Source of the DNA: Camelus dromedarius
Taxonomy: Eukaryota
DNA: 64,000 nucleotides
Direction: 5' to 3'
Assembly: GCF_036321535.1 (NCBI RefSeq)
Contig: NC_087436.1
Span: 33,048,001 to 33,112,000 of the forward strand
Made by a program: the position numbers and the translations under genes. Shown one piece after another: positions 48,901 through 62,300 of this stretch (its first letter is position 1; the number at the start of each line of letters is the position of its first letter). The notes below the pieces were generated by a model, which was not told where the DNA came from, did no database searches, and saw only the letters and a program-made list of their open reading frames with translations.

Positions 48901-51629
48901 GTTTTATTATGCATAAAATCCTGAGATTTAAACATTTCACTGAAGCGATTCCATGATCATGCAAAGCAAGTTATTCTTGGCTGCCTAAAAAGAAAGTAAA
49001 ACACATTCTTGGTCTTATTTCTGTCTTTTATTCCCACCTGATGTCATCCTCAAATTGTGCAATATCCTCAAACAGGGAGGTTACAGCTAATTCCAAATAA
49101 ACTTTATTGGGGACTTTCCTTCCTGCAGACATTTCCTAACACAGAATTTACTATAAACATTCTCAGAGCTCCCAGACAAGAGACGGTCCTAATGTTTGGT
49201 TCTCCCTGCAAACTCCCAGCCTTGGTCTACTACACATGACTGTCAGCCACAAACCTTACTTCTCCCAGCAAAACGTTGCATGGCATACTGAAAGACTTCC
49301 ATTAAAGCAGACTCAAACAGATGAATGCTGATACACTGGAGAAATAAACAGAAGGAAAAGTGGCACGTTTTTTGGGAGGCAGTCAAAAGCAGTTGGGTTG
49401 TTAGGCAGGAGGAAGGCATATAAACTATTTTAGATCCCAAATTCTATTTGGACATCTGAATGAATACAGTTGAATTGATAGCAGAAGTGTAAAATAAAAG
49501 GAGAAAATTTTTTAAAGGAAATAAATAATTGAGGCACGTCAGCCCCTCTCCATCCAAGTTTTGCTTTCTTTTGGCTTACAAGTTTCCATTCTCCTAAATC
49601 AAACTATATAATCGCTTCAGATAGTTTGCATTTGAGATTTGTCTTTGGTCTTTGTGAATAGTTATAATTTACATAAAAAGAAGCTGCAGTTGCATTTTAA
49701 ACTGTCTTTCCAATAAGGATTTAATTTAGGTTTAATAGGACAGTTATCATATGTTAATTAAATACTGATGGATTATGAGAAACATATTTACTCTGATTTA
49801 CCAACAAGGTACAAAAATATGTTTTAAATCTAAATTTGGCATTTAGCTAGTTTGCAGATTCTATTGTAGAGATTGTTTTTCCGAGTTAATAATATGTTTA
49901 TTTTATTGAGATTAAATTGTACATGACGGATGAGTATTTGCATTTGCGATCAAGGTTTATAATTAGGTTGCAGAGAATTATTGGGATATGTTTTAGATGA
50001 GCCAACACTGAATCTTCCAAAATCAATTATAGATTTAAAAATCAATTGATCTTTTTTATAGCTACCATCAATTTTTGGAATTTGTCTCTAACAGGTAGTT
50101 ATAAAACTTTGCCTGACGGAATTCTCTTCTTTTTATCATTTTTTCAATATACTATTTATTAAGAATGATGTATGTTGAGTGTTTCCTTCAAATCAACACT
50201 TTTCTGTAGGACCAATTGTATTCTCTCTAATTGAGCTCATTTTCGCTCATCATGATTATGAACATGGTTGATTGAATCTACCTTTGTTTGTCAGAGCCAC
50301 TGTTCCTGCTCATCTCTCTCTCTCTTTTCTGTATGAGTGATTATAACCATCTTTTTTCTGTCTCCTCTTCTATCATTTTATCCCTAAAGCCTCCCCTAAG
50401 GACTTAAAACCTGGCTTTCCACCAAAGTACATTGTCTGGAGTCAGAGATCTTAAGAGTGCTGAGTTAACTTATCTCCAGAGTTTCTAGGCACTTTATAAA
50501 GACTACACAGTAAAACAATGGGAGCCAGTAAAAGTAGAGAGTAGAAGAATTATCAAAAAATGTGCCCAATATATGCAGCAAATCTGGATCATTACATCTC
50601 TAATTTTTTCCCCTTCAATAAGAGGATTATGTGGGTCTTGACACTTGCATTAAATTTCCACTTCTTTGTACATACAGAGATGCAGCCAAAGGCAAGAGGT
50701 GATTTTGAGTTCTATTTTTATTAAAGCAAAATATCTGAAATCCTTGACACGTGAGCTCTCATAACATGTCTCGTACTGAAAAAAAAAAAAAAAAACAAAA
50801 AACAAAAGCAAAATTATGTGTGTGCTTAGGAAGAGAACACAAGGTGGCAGGGCCACAGCAGAAATAGCATTGCCATTGTCAGAATACACATACAAGGGAA
50901 GTCAGATATATGAACAGCTTTAAATTCTTTGAGAAGTGCATTTTTTTTTTCATTAAAATTTCACATAATGTATTACTTTTTTTTTTTTTTTTACCACTAC
51001 CAAATCTCTAATCCCTTTTGAGGCACAATCGATCTTGTTTTATTAAGTTGAAATGTGTAAGGATATCAAACAGACATATTTAATATTGTAAATTATCTCA
51101 AATGTGTTGCTCTATTTTTCTTAGCTTTTTATGGCATAAACTTTTTATTTGAAAATGCTTTAGAAGTCATTCTGTGGAATAAAATAATATATTTTTCAAT
51201 AATGTAGATGATTTGAAAATTTCTGGTCTCTTTTGCATTTCAGAATTTTTTGGTTCCTTGGCAATTATTGACATTTTTGTTAAGTAATGAAATAGGATGA
51301 AAGTCATTGAATTTATCTCTATGCTGTTCAGCCAAGAAAAGTATGCAATAGTGATACATATATTAAGCTTTTGTTAGTAATAAACTGGAATATTTATATG
51401 ATGGGAAAAATGGAAGTGCTTGTGCTAGTTAAGGTCCCAGAATTTGTGTAAAACACTAATGCACCAATTTCAGTAATTTAACATAATTCAGGTTTAATTT
51501 TTGCTAATGAAAAGTCTCAAATAGGCAATTCTGAGTAGCAGGCAGCTTTTGTGAAAAAATTATTTAGTATTCCATTTTCCCTCTATCAGCTCAGTAATCT
51601 TCAACATCTGACTTCTAAAATTACCACAG

Positions 51630-51836
51630 AAGGAGAAAAAGCATGGGATTTGCAAATGTTAGGTTGTATGGGCAAAGCCTGGAAATAGTGTTTATCACTT
51701 CCATTCACGTTCCATTGGCCAAAACTCAGTCACATGGTTCCACCTAACTGTAGAGGATGCTGGGAAATGTTGTCTATATGTGTGTCCAGGAGGAAGAGGA
51801 AATGGGTTTGGTGACCAGCTAGCTAGTCTCTGCCAT
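51630..51836 (-). mobile_element. Old MaLR LTR fragment (MLT1J/K-like)
   Basis: 'atcacttccattcacgttccattggccaaaactcagtcacatgg...gctgggaaatgttgtct...gtccaggaggaagagga'. Confidence 0.7.
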
Positions 51837-51903
51837 AGTGCTGTTGGTGATTTGCAGTAAATTACCACAAAGGCAAGATTAAGAATTAAGATATTTGGGA
51901 AGA

Positions 51904-51959
<56 letters not shown>
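51904..51959 (+). repeat. (TATC)14 microsatellite
   Basis: Uninterrupted TATC array, 56 bp. Confidence 0.95.
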
Positions 51960-51961
51960 AA

Positions 51962-52331
51962 ATTAGTCAGGATTGAACCAGGAAAACAGAACCAGTAGGA
52001 GAAATGTATTAAGAGAAGTGACTTATATGATGTGAAGTCTGACTAGGCCAGTCTGAAATCCTTAGTGCAGGCCATCAGCAAAGGCAGGCTGGAACTCTGG
52101 TTCAGTCGAAGCTGCAGTCCGTAAGTGGAATACCTTCCTCTTCGTGGAATCCTCAGCTGCTTGAGTCAGGCCTACCCAGAGGATGTAGGATAATCTCCTT
52201 ACTTAAAGTCAATTTATTATGGACTTTAATCACATCTGCCAAATACCTTTGTAACAGGACCTGGATTAGTGTTTACTGAGCAACTGAGGACTGTAGTCTA
52301 GTTAGGTTGACACAAAGTAGTGACAATCACA
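51962..52331 (-). mobile_element. ERVL LTR (MLT2D-like)
   Basis: 'attagtcagg...aacagaaccagtaggaga', 'ggataatctccttacttaaagtca', 'gtctagttaggttgacaca...atcaca'. Confidence 0.8.
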
Positions 52332-52524
52332 GTATTTATATGTGTTTGTATATGTATATGTATAGTTATAATACATAACTTCTAATATAACTCAAAATTG
52401 TTTTTCATTTCTTTGTCTTTTGACAGTATGACTATACAGACATATTTCCACATGTACTGCATTTTGGATGCCAAAATATTTTTCTCTCTTTATATTTATA
52501 TACTTAATTAGGAAATAAATAAAA

Positions 52525-52745
52525 TGCAGCATGGTATAAGTAGGGTAAACCTTAGCTTTGAAATGAAACAGAGGTGAGTTTGAAATCTTTCCCTACTATT
52601 TACAAATAATTCTATGACCTTGGACAGTGTTGCTCAATCATTTTGAGGCCAGCTTCTTCTGTTGGATAAGGTAATGGTGACCATATCTGTCTATAACATA
52701 CTATAACAGTCCTTGGTTTGGGTAGCTGCTTAATGAATGATAGAG
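52525..52745 (+). mobile_element. MIR SINE
   Basis: 'gcagcatggtataagtagg...gagtttgaaatc...tatgaccttggacag...tgaggccagcttc'. Confidence 0.6.
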
Positions 52746-53044
52746 AATATTAAATGAGATAGGAGACAGCCCAGAGGCATGGCTTCTCTCCTAGAAGGCT
52801 AACAAGAGTCAGAGGCCAGGAAAAATTTCTATAACATTGTCTACTTACTTCAGGGTAGAAGTGGCAGGATGTTCCATGCCTGAGATGGTGACTGTTTACT
52901 AGAAACATGATGGTAGAAGAGGCCGTGTTCAGGGGCAATGTCAATGTCATGGAGAGTGGTTTCTAGGGCCATAAAATTCTTGCCTCATATCTAGGTTTTG
53001 CAATTAAAATATTAGCTATTGTCAAATATGGATGTCAGAATTTT

Positions 53045-53135
53045 ATTCATTTTATTTATTCTGGTTTTTTTTCACTCAACAAATATTTATTGAGTTTCTA
53101 CTAACTCCTTGACATTGTTCTAGATCATAGCAACA
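53045..53135 (-). mobile_element. L2 3' end fragment
   Basis: 'ttcactcaacaaatatttattgagtttctact...cattgttctag'. Confidence 0.6.
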
Positions 53136-56128
53136 GAAATATTGAGATTTGTGGAGAGGTGGACTTTACGATAATTGTTTACATATTGGAGCTATGGGCT
53201 GGTAATTAAATATTTCCATTAACAATGTCCCTGGTCAGGTGAGATTGCCTTCTGCTGTCACAGTAAAGGCTGATGTAACAGCCTGGGTTTTCTTAGTGTT
53301 AATAACTCTTCTAACCTTAGCATACTATATTTTATTCCTTAAAAATTTCTGGAACTCTAAACTTTTCCACTTGATGTTTATGTACTCTATATTTATCTTC
53401 TTATAGGAAAAATAGCTTAAAAATAATCAATCTAGTTGCTATTTGACCTGCATATGACCTTTGATAAAATATCAGTATGTTGGAGTCAAATTCCGGAAAT
53501 CTAGGTCCTAAGAAACATCTGAATATGAGCAGTATATAGAAGTATCCATTACTTAGCTAGAGAATCATCTGAGTACTGATAGTTGTCTTAGATGCAACAA
53601 ATTGAAGAAAATTCTTTTTACTTTCCATTTGTGGGAGATAGTTAATATAATTTATGAGTTCAGTAGTCAAATTCTCCAAGTTTGTGAAGTACCTCATGAA
53701 AAACAGTGACTGTCTAAGCCAACATCTACTCATGGTTGTGAAGACAGGCTGGGTGTATGTCCAGCAAATGCTGCTCTAGACTGTTAATAATAATAACATG
53801 TAATTGTGTGTGATATAGGAAAAACTATTTTAGATCATATATTATTAAATGTTTCATTACAAAGTTCATTATATATAGGCAAAATTCTCATTTTCCCACT
53901 GAAGTGTCACATGCTGTTTAATTAACTCAGTTTTCAAAAAGGCATAACTTGTCAACAAACACATTTTCAACTAACACATTTCATCTTTGGTTTGGGACTG
54001 AATGTATATTCAGTGTCAACTAGAGCATAAAACTACATTTTTTAGTATTAAAAATAGATCAAAAGAGGAATATTCTTGTAGAGTATTCAGCTGGTTTATT
54101 TATATAATATTGCTATATATTCATTGTTTCTAAATGAAGATTATACATACATTGCAGAAGTAGACACATCTTTTTCCCCAATAAAGGAAAAAAACAATTT
54201 TTTTCACATTCTAGAGGCTTCTTGATATGCTATATAAAAATATTAATCAGACCTATGCACTTTAAAATAAGCTGAAGATAGTGTTTTTGGCTAATTTGTC
54301 TGGTTTTTAGCAAAGAAGGCTGATGTTTGGAGGTGTTTGGCACTGCAGAAGGTCACGTGTGAAGCTGACCTTTGTGAATAAAACTCAAAATGTGTCTATG
54401 TATGTATGTTTTATAGAAAGATTTGATACTTAGATGTTTCCTTCTTTCCTTTGTTCCTTCCTTCCTTCCTTCCTTCTTTTCTTTGTGTTTTTTGAACAGT
54501 TGATTTTTTAAAAGGTGGTAAAAATGTGTATGACTTTTAATATACTTGCATCAGTTTTCCTTCTTTTGCAAAATTGTAAGTAGTATCCACTTTGGATTTT
54601 CGGTGATTATTTCACTGAACTGGCTTTTGACCAATAGTAACACTGGTTTTATTTAAAGAAAGCGGTAACAGAAAATAGGTATGAATAGTGGCATTTGGCT
54701 TGGTCTGGTAAAATTTATCATGGCTCTGTGATCTAAGAACATTTTTACTAGGATTACCACTGCTGCTTATTACTTACCAGTTTTAGCTGTGCTCTTGTCT
54801 ACTAGACAGTACCTCATCCTCACCACTGGGTCTTGAAAAACACTTTTTCATTTATTTTATGGTTTTAAAGTGCCCAAATGAATTTGGCTTCTCTTAGTTA
54901 TAATGATGTGAAAGTTAGCTTAGCGGTATCAAAGTTCACTGGATAATCCTTTTTAAGATGTTTAAGTATATTTAATAAAGAAATCAAAAGGACTAACACC
55001 TGCAGACTGCAGCACCGCATGGAAGAGATAACTCAGAGACTGGTAAGGTTTTCACAGTATGAGTAATTTGTAAGATTCTAGAGTTCCAGTGATTAGTAGT
55101 GGTTTGTAATAATGAATGCTATTTTAAAGTGATTGTTTGCACAGTGACACTTTTATTATCAAGAACAGTTGGGGCATTTTTAGACACCATATAGCCATGA
55201 TCGATTTTATGACATTCAGCATGTCCTGAGAACTCCCTTGATGTTAATTTTTATAGTGTGTATACCAAAAATATGCTAAATGCTTTCAGTGTTCCAATAC
55301 TAACATCACATTTTGCAACCAGATGATCCTTATAAATTTGTTTCCCAGAAGATCATAATTCAGTATTAAAGAATATGTATTTTAATATCAGATGTTTTCT
55401 TAGCATCTGTTTGGTAAGGTTCATAATTCAGTAAAATGTCATGTTTCAAAGTACAGAGTATTTTTAAATAATTAGGAGGGATAAGCCAATTTGGAAATGT
55501 GACAAATCCTAGCTCTGTGATAATTAGGAATGTACTGGTAGAAAGAGTAGAAAGAGGATCTGGGATAGGGTCTGCTCTGATTTTGGAGGTAAGAGAAAAT
55601 AATTTCACCAGAAGGAGCCAAATGAGATATATAGTTATGCGTAAATCAATAGACAGCTGCGTAGCAGGCAGCTCATATTGGACTCATCAGACTGTTGGTG
55701 GAAGAAAAGCTTTGGGAATGGGGGAGGGGTCATGGTCTAATCAAGAGCAGGTAAAAATCCCATTATAATGGATTCCATGAGACAACTAAATGGTTTTGTA
55801 GTGAGTGGATATGTTGTAAATATTTCCATTCTGCAGGAGGGAGAAAAAGCTTCAGAATAGCTTATCCAAAGCAAATTAAGAAGAAAAAAAAAAAGTGCTT
55901 TGAACACAGAATTAAAAATGGAAGGGTGAATGATGTGCTTATACCATATCCTCCCAGCTCAGTAGTTTGTTTTGTTGTTATGCTTGGAAAGTTTATAGAT
56001 TTTTCGGGGGTAAGGTGTTGGTATATATGAAGAAGGAGGGTATAAGAGACAGCTGACCTAGAATTGTTGATACAGTGAATTCACAAAACATTGAATGAAT
56101 GAATAATCTTAAAAGATAATTGCTGCTA

Positions 56129-56645
56129 GAGGCAGGGCTGCAGTGGCCATCAGCTTCAGCTTCAGCTTCGGTGTGTCCTCCCTTGTCCTCGCTTGTAGAG
56201 AAAGTGAGCTGAGGGCTGGAATCCTCTTCTTCTTCCCCGATCCCCTTTGATACTCTTCCCAGAAACTTGAAAATAAAAGGAGCTGGGCTCTTGAATTTAC
56301 TCAGTAGGTTTCCAAGTAGTGAACTAGTTTTCGGTGTGTATCCAGCAAACTCTTCAAGAAAATTATTTCTCTCGTAAAAGGTGCAAACTCTTGATGTAGA
56401 AATGGTTTTTGCAATGATACTGGATCATTTGGAATATTATGGTAGTAAAAACAACTACAATACTCTTGCATGGGCAATCTTGTGAACTCTATACATCAAT
56501 GATTTGGGGAATGCATCTTAGCAGGTATGGCCTCTCAACTACATTCTTCCTATAGTCCCGAAGACTAGCCTTTTATGTCCTGACTGTATCGATAAAATAA
56601 GAGGTCATTGCTGTCCTAATTACCCATTGCAAACACCATGTGATA
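56129..56645 (+). pseudogene. Possible processed-pseudogene (retrocopy) fragment, parent gene not identified
   Basis: Abrupt GC-rich, CpG-decayed 5'-UTR-like block just after a TT/AAAA site (56109-56114), then a ~125-codon frame broken by three stops. No poly(A) or downstream TSD seen. Confidence 0.3.
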
Positions 56646-56924
56646 TCTTGAAAACACAGAATTTTAGAGTCAGAAGCATCATTATGGGTTATTTAATAAA
56701 TGAAAAGTGAAAATCAGCCCAGTTAGTGTTTGAGCAGGTACTAGGTCTCAGGTATCCTGACTGCTTATATTTGCTTTCCTCTTCTCTCTGCAGTTTTACT
56801 GCTTCCTAGCTCCTGAAGTGCAAGGTTCTAACCCTGTTCTGCCCTGGGATTACAGTGTCCTTCTTTTAGTTAATAGTAATTAAGCACTTGCTAAGTATGA
56901 GAAATACGGCTGGGCCAGAGATCT

Positions 56925-57075
56925 TAGCTGTGACCCTCAATCCAGTTTGGTCATCAGAAGAACTTGAGAAGTTGTTTAGGAATATAAATTCTCTGGCCCT
57001 TGTTTCAACCTGCTGAAACAAAATATATATGTGTATGCCTCCGGACTTCATATTTCAAAAAATATCCCAAGGTAA
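56925..57075. mobile_element. MER5-like DNA transposon fragment
   Basis: 'catcagaagaacttgagaagttgtttaggaatataaattctctggccc...acctgctgaaacaaaat'. Confidence 0.45.
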
Positions 57076-57510
57076 ATAAAATGGTGAGATTGATTTGGTA
57101 CTTTACTTAAGTAATATGTATACACAGAGTGTAGTCTTATTACTTGGAGGCTGTGCTTTGATCTTACTCCATAACCCTTTCCTCCTGAAGTCCTTCCCCT
57201 CTCAGTCAGTGTCAACTGTCACCTCCTGAGGTGCTCAGCCCAGAGAGCGCCCACCGTCAGCTTTGACTCCTCCTTCTTCCTCATCTCCTCTGTTAATATA
57301 TTCTACCTCTGCTGCTTCCAGTCTTTCCTCCCTCCTGTCTGTACTCCATAAATATAGATGAAGTGATGAACTTCCAAAATGAACATGTTTATTCCCTTCT
57401 CTTATGCAAAACCTTTTGAGCCTGTATCAGTGTTATCAAAGAGTGCTCTCTATAACTATATAATAGGTATAATGTAAAAAAAAAAAAAAAAGATTAAAAA
57501 AAAAAGGCCC

Positions 57511-57874
57511 TGTATTAGTCTGCCCCAGCTGGTACAATAAACCGCTACAGAGTGGGTAGCTCAAATACAGACATTTATTTTTCCCAGTTCTAGAGGCTGG
57601 GAAGTCTGAGATCAGGGTACCAGTATGGTTGGTTCCTTCCTGTGAAGGCCTGCTTCCTGGCCTGCAGACAGCTGCTTCTTGCTCTGTCCTCAAGGCTTGG
57701 TGTCCTTCCTCTTCTCATGATGATACTAATCTTGTTATGGGAGCTTAACCCTCATGACCTCATCTAAACCTCATTACTTCCCAAAGACCCTGCCTCCTAA
57801 TACCATCACATTGAAGGTTAGAAGTTCAACATATGAATTTTGCTGGGGGTGGGGGACACACTCAGCTCATAGCA
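57511..57874 (-). mobile_element. MaLR LTR (MLT1A-like)
   Basis: 'tgtattagtctg...cagttctagaggctgggaagtctgagatcaggg...ccctcatgacctcatctaaacctcattacttcccaaag...taataccatcacattg...tcaacatatgaatttt...catagca'. Flanks ggccc/atccc may be a decayed 5-bp TSD. Confidence 0.9.
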
Positions 57875-58544
57875 ATCCCCACAGTCAAATCTCTTCTGAA
57901 AATATTGAGTTAACTGGATAAGGGTTTTAAACGTTGCTATTTTTATAGCAAGATTTGGGCTCTTATATGCATTGAATAACTTCAGTATATTTCAATGGAA
58001 TATATTGCAGGCACTATTTTCCAGAGATATCCAGAGGAACTAATGTCTAGGAAATACACTATGATGGATTGCCTTTTTGCAATGGGCATCTCTAGATGGC
58101 TTTTTTAATAAAAGAAACTTTTTCTATTTGAAAATTGTTGCACTATTGCTTCCTACCATTTCTTCTAGTTGTTCTCATTTCTGAATGCAGATAGAAAGGC
58201 TTTCCAGAATAATTTTTGTTGGTCTCTTATTCTTAAGAGTTATCAATACAAGTGAGAGATGGTTTTGCAAAACCATGGAAAAGGACGTTGCAAGTTCCTA
58301 GGTATAGGCATAGAAGAGGTATAAGTAGATTGCCCTTAGGGAGAATATAAAGCAAGCTGACTGCATTTGATGAAATCACTGCAGTGGCTCCTCTCTTTAG
58401 CCCATTACTAGCTTGGTATATGTACAAGGACCACTGCTTAAAGAGGTCATTTCATATATTACTGTGTCTCTTGGGGCTAGGAGATAAGAACTGTTTTCTA
58501 CATGTTTTCTCTTGCCTTGTTTCCTTCTCTTGGGAAACTCTGTT

Positions 58545-59011
58545 TTCTTTTTAAATTGAAGTATAGTTGATTTACAGTGCTGTGTTAGTTTCAGGTATGC
58601 AACAAAGTGATTCAATTATACATATATAAATATATATATTATTTTTCAGATTCCTTTCCATTATAGGTTATTACAAGATATTGAATATATTTCCCTCTGC
58701 TCTACAGTAAGTCTTTGCCTTTTATCTATTTTATATACAGTAGAGTGTATCTGTGAATCTCAATCTCCTAATTTATCCCTCTCTCCTACCCCTTTCCTAT
58801 TTGGTAACTGTAGTTTGTTTTCTATGTTTTTGAGTCTGTTTCTAGTTTATAAATAAATTCATTTATGTCGGGTTTTTTTTAGATTCCACATAGAAGTGTT
58901 GTGCACTATTTGTCTTTCTCTGACTTGTTTCACTTGATATGATAATCTCTAGGTCCATCCATGTTTCTGCAAATGGCATTATTTCATTTTTTATGGCTGA
59001 GTAATATTCCA

Positions 59012-59065
<54 letters not shown>

Positions 59066-59325
59066 CTGCATCTTTCCTATCTATTTATCTGTTGATGGAC
59101 ATTTAGCTTGCTTCCATGTCTTGGCTATTCTAAATAGTGCTACTGTGAACATTGGGGTGTGTGTGTCTTCAACTTACAGTTTTATCCAGATATATGCCCA
59201 GAAATGGGATTGCTGGATCATACAGTAACTCTATTTTTAATTTTTTAAGAAACTTTCATACTGTTCTCCATAGTGGCTGCACAAATTTGCATTCTCACCC
59301 ACAGCATAGGAAGGTTCCTTTTTGA
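58545..59325 (-). mobile_element. 5'-truncated artiodactyl/camelid-type L1 3' end
   Basis: 'tttaaattgaagtatagttgatttaca...tttcaggtatgcaacaaagtgattca'. ORF 58863-59063 gives the ORF2 end EYYSAIKNEIMPFAETWMDLEIII. Also 'gggattgctggatcatacagtaactctattttt'. Confidence 0.9.
59013..59062 (+). repeat. (CA)25 microsatellite inside the L1
   Basis: Uninterrupted CA array, 50 bp. Confidence 0.95.
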
Positions 59326-62300
59326 ATAACTGTACTTTTTAAAATGTAGTGACCCCAAAATGTTAAGAATATTTTGAAAAATGTCTTATATGTGAATGGG
59401 TTCAGTGCCCTACAGTATCCAGTATAGCCAAGTAGATTCTAAATTTATGATGAGATTTATAACCTCCATGGAAAATAAAGATAATAAATTTATTTGATTC
59501 TCTGTGGACGAAAGAATCAGAAAGATAAACAAAGTCTCTAATTTTCTCACCAGCTTGTTGATTTGATGTTGTGAAGATACACTACTTACAGTTTCTATTT
59601 ATTAAATGAGTCAAGCAAATGGAGTCAGTTGTACACTTTGAAATTTTATTTAAACTTCCATTGACTCCACTTAAATAAGCCCACATCAACTTTTAAGTAA
59701 AATATATCTTTAGTAACTTTTATCGTCTCCCAGTTAAAGATACGTAGTTTTAATAAAATGAAAAGAATTATTTTTGGTTTTCTCTGTTTGCTTAGTGCAT
59801 AATAATTGAAAAATAGTTTTTAAAAATAATAATTTATAGAAATATAATATTAGTATTTTAAAAATTATAAAAAATTTTAATAGTAAAAATGGAAACTAGA
59901 AAAATTGATTTTTCCATTTACTTACTACACAATAACATTTTCAAACTGTCAGTGCTAAGTGTTTGAATATTTAAAAAATCTAAAGGTCTTTATAATAAAT
60001 ATAGATATTTATTTGAATAAATAAAGATATTATTTGAAATTGTTGCTTATTTTGTAGCCAGGAAGGAAGAAAGATGCAGGCCAGTTTGTTAGATGTTTGC
60101 ATGTCATGTCAAAATAGGTCATCTTTCTTTCAAAGGAGTGTAGAATATGTAACCACAAGCTTAATTTGTTGCTACTTATGGTGACACTGTTCTCTGGAGC
60201 AGATTAATGAGATGTGGAGAATAATCTATCTAACTCAAGAATTTAAAAACAATCTCCACTTATTTATGGATATTTTTTCTTGCTTAAATCTTGTCTATAC
60301 TTAAAGACTGTTCAGTTAATTAGAAAACACTGTGTATACTCCCCTTTTTAAAGTATATTTGTTACATTCCCAGAAATATGCTCAATATATTTTTGTTGAA
60401 TCTCGAGGCATTTTTTTCAGGTGAAGTATCTCTCAGTTTAAAGCAATGAGTCCAATTGTTAAACTAAGAGACATATACAAATGTATTAGGTTCCGTATTT
60501 TTCCATATTTGTTGATGCTCTGTAGTATATTTGTTATTTTTTTACATATTTTCTTGCTTGCTTTTTGTTACATGTGAAAAGTTTTGAACACTATATTAAG
60601 CAAATGATTGATGGTTACCAGTGAGGCAGATTTAGGTATATTAAATCACTCTGAGCTTTATTAATAATATAGGAGTTCTGAGTTCAACCTAGAAAATTTT
60701 AAATGGAAAAATGGAAACTATTACATTGCAAAGAAACATTGATTAAACACGATGGCAAAAATCAAGATGATTTCATATACTTGATTTATTATAAGATGTG
60801 TGAAAAATTACGTGACGTCATAAAGATTGTTTTACCTGCTGAAAAGTGAAGTTTTACTGAATTTATCCTGACTCCATTCTCTATACAAAGCACCATTTGG
60901 GTCAGCTTGATTTTATATTCTTTTTTTTTTCTTTTTTGGTGTATTTTGAATAATGAACAATTTTCTCTTGTTTTGTAAAATGAAGGCCAATGTAATAATA
61001 ATGTACATGTTTTATTGTCACCTTATAAGCTAATTTTAAAATAGTTCTTTCAAAGTAGACAGAAATTGTTGCTAGAGGGAAATTGCTGACTGTCATAGAT
61101 CCTTTTGAAAATTCAAAATACTGTTTATCTGTACATTTTAAATAAGCACATGTGCCGCCCCCAAATCCCAAATCCCAATCTAAAGCATATTATCTTTACA
61201 GATGATGTTTTAGTTAAATTTGGCAACATTTTTTAGCACTTCACCTGCAGCATCTCTCATTGTGCCTATTGCAAAGTTGGCATTCAATTGACACTCACTG
61301 TTTGGGAATGAGTGAACAGATGGAAGCATTTTGTTAGTTGAACAAGTTTTGTATAAAGGTATGTAAATATTAATTGTTTTCAGGGTCCTTTCAATTAGCT
61401 GGGAATTCAAACAAGTAGAGACAGAAAAGAAGGCTTTCAGGGGGAAAGAAATGACTGCAGAAGAGCAAGGAAATGAGAACGTTCAGGAAATGCTTGGGCC
61501 CAGTACCTAGTTCCCTGTACTTGGAGCTTAATGCTCTGCGGCGGAATGAGAACTAAACCTGAAGGAGGGTGTTGACCTCTCATTCAGGAGATATTTTCAC
61601 CTAGACTACCTTTGTACTTGAATTGTTGGGAAATGGGTGTATCTTGGAAGTATTTTGATTGCAGAGATGACATGACAGTGTTTACTACCTGACCTGTAGG
61701 CCTGTAAAAGGGAGGCTACTGGGAGTGGTATAGCCAAGAGGGCAGAACAGACCATTTGACTATAGTTAGTGCTGTTTCTCAAATTATTTTTATTATTATT
61801 GTGTGAATTCTCATAGGCTAGCCTTCCAGTGTTTACTGGCAATTCTAGAATACTTTTTCTCTTAGATTACTTAACCTAATGTTCTCTTAAATCCTTATCA
61901 TCATACTTTTGCTTTCTTTCTTAGGCAGGATGTTTAGTTATAATGAGCTCCTCGAAATACTACCTTAGTTAAGATCATATACATGTGTGTCTATCTGTAG
62001 CACTGACTGCCATTGCTGTTCATCCTGGTTACCATTAAAAATCCCAAATATATGTAGGTCACAATTGGCAAAGATAAAAGCGTATATAACTGCCCTTGAG
62101 ATAAATTCATGTTCCGATTCCCCTAAGACTTTTAGAAAATTCTCCAGATACTTTCTTTTACTAGTGATAATTAACTTTTATAGTGTATAATAAGCAGTCA
62201 TTGTTCTAGCATATTACATATATCCCCATACTTAATAGTTGTATTCCTGTGATTTATATGTTACCTTACCCATTTCTTAGAAGAATAAATTGAAGTTTAG

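Noticed and set aside
50700..50812. Minus-strand acceptor plus AATAAA as a terminal exon
   Set aside because: The pyrimidine tract is just the complement of a poly(A)/CAAAA run, and AATAAA is common in AT-rich DNA.
55353..55433. 13-bp direct repeat tcataattcagta around a small hairpin
   Set aside because: Only two copies, no tail or TIR structure; compatible with chance or a tiny local duplication.
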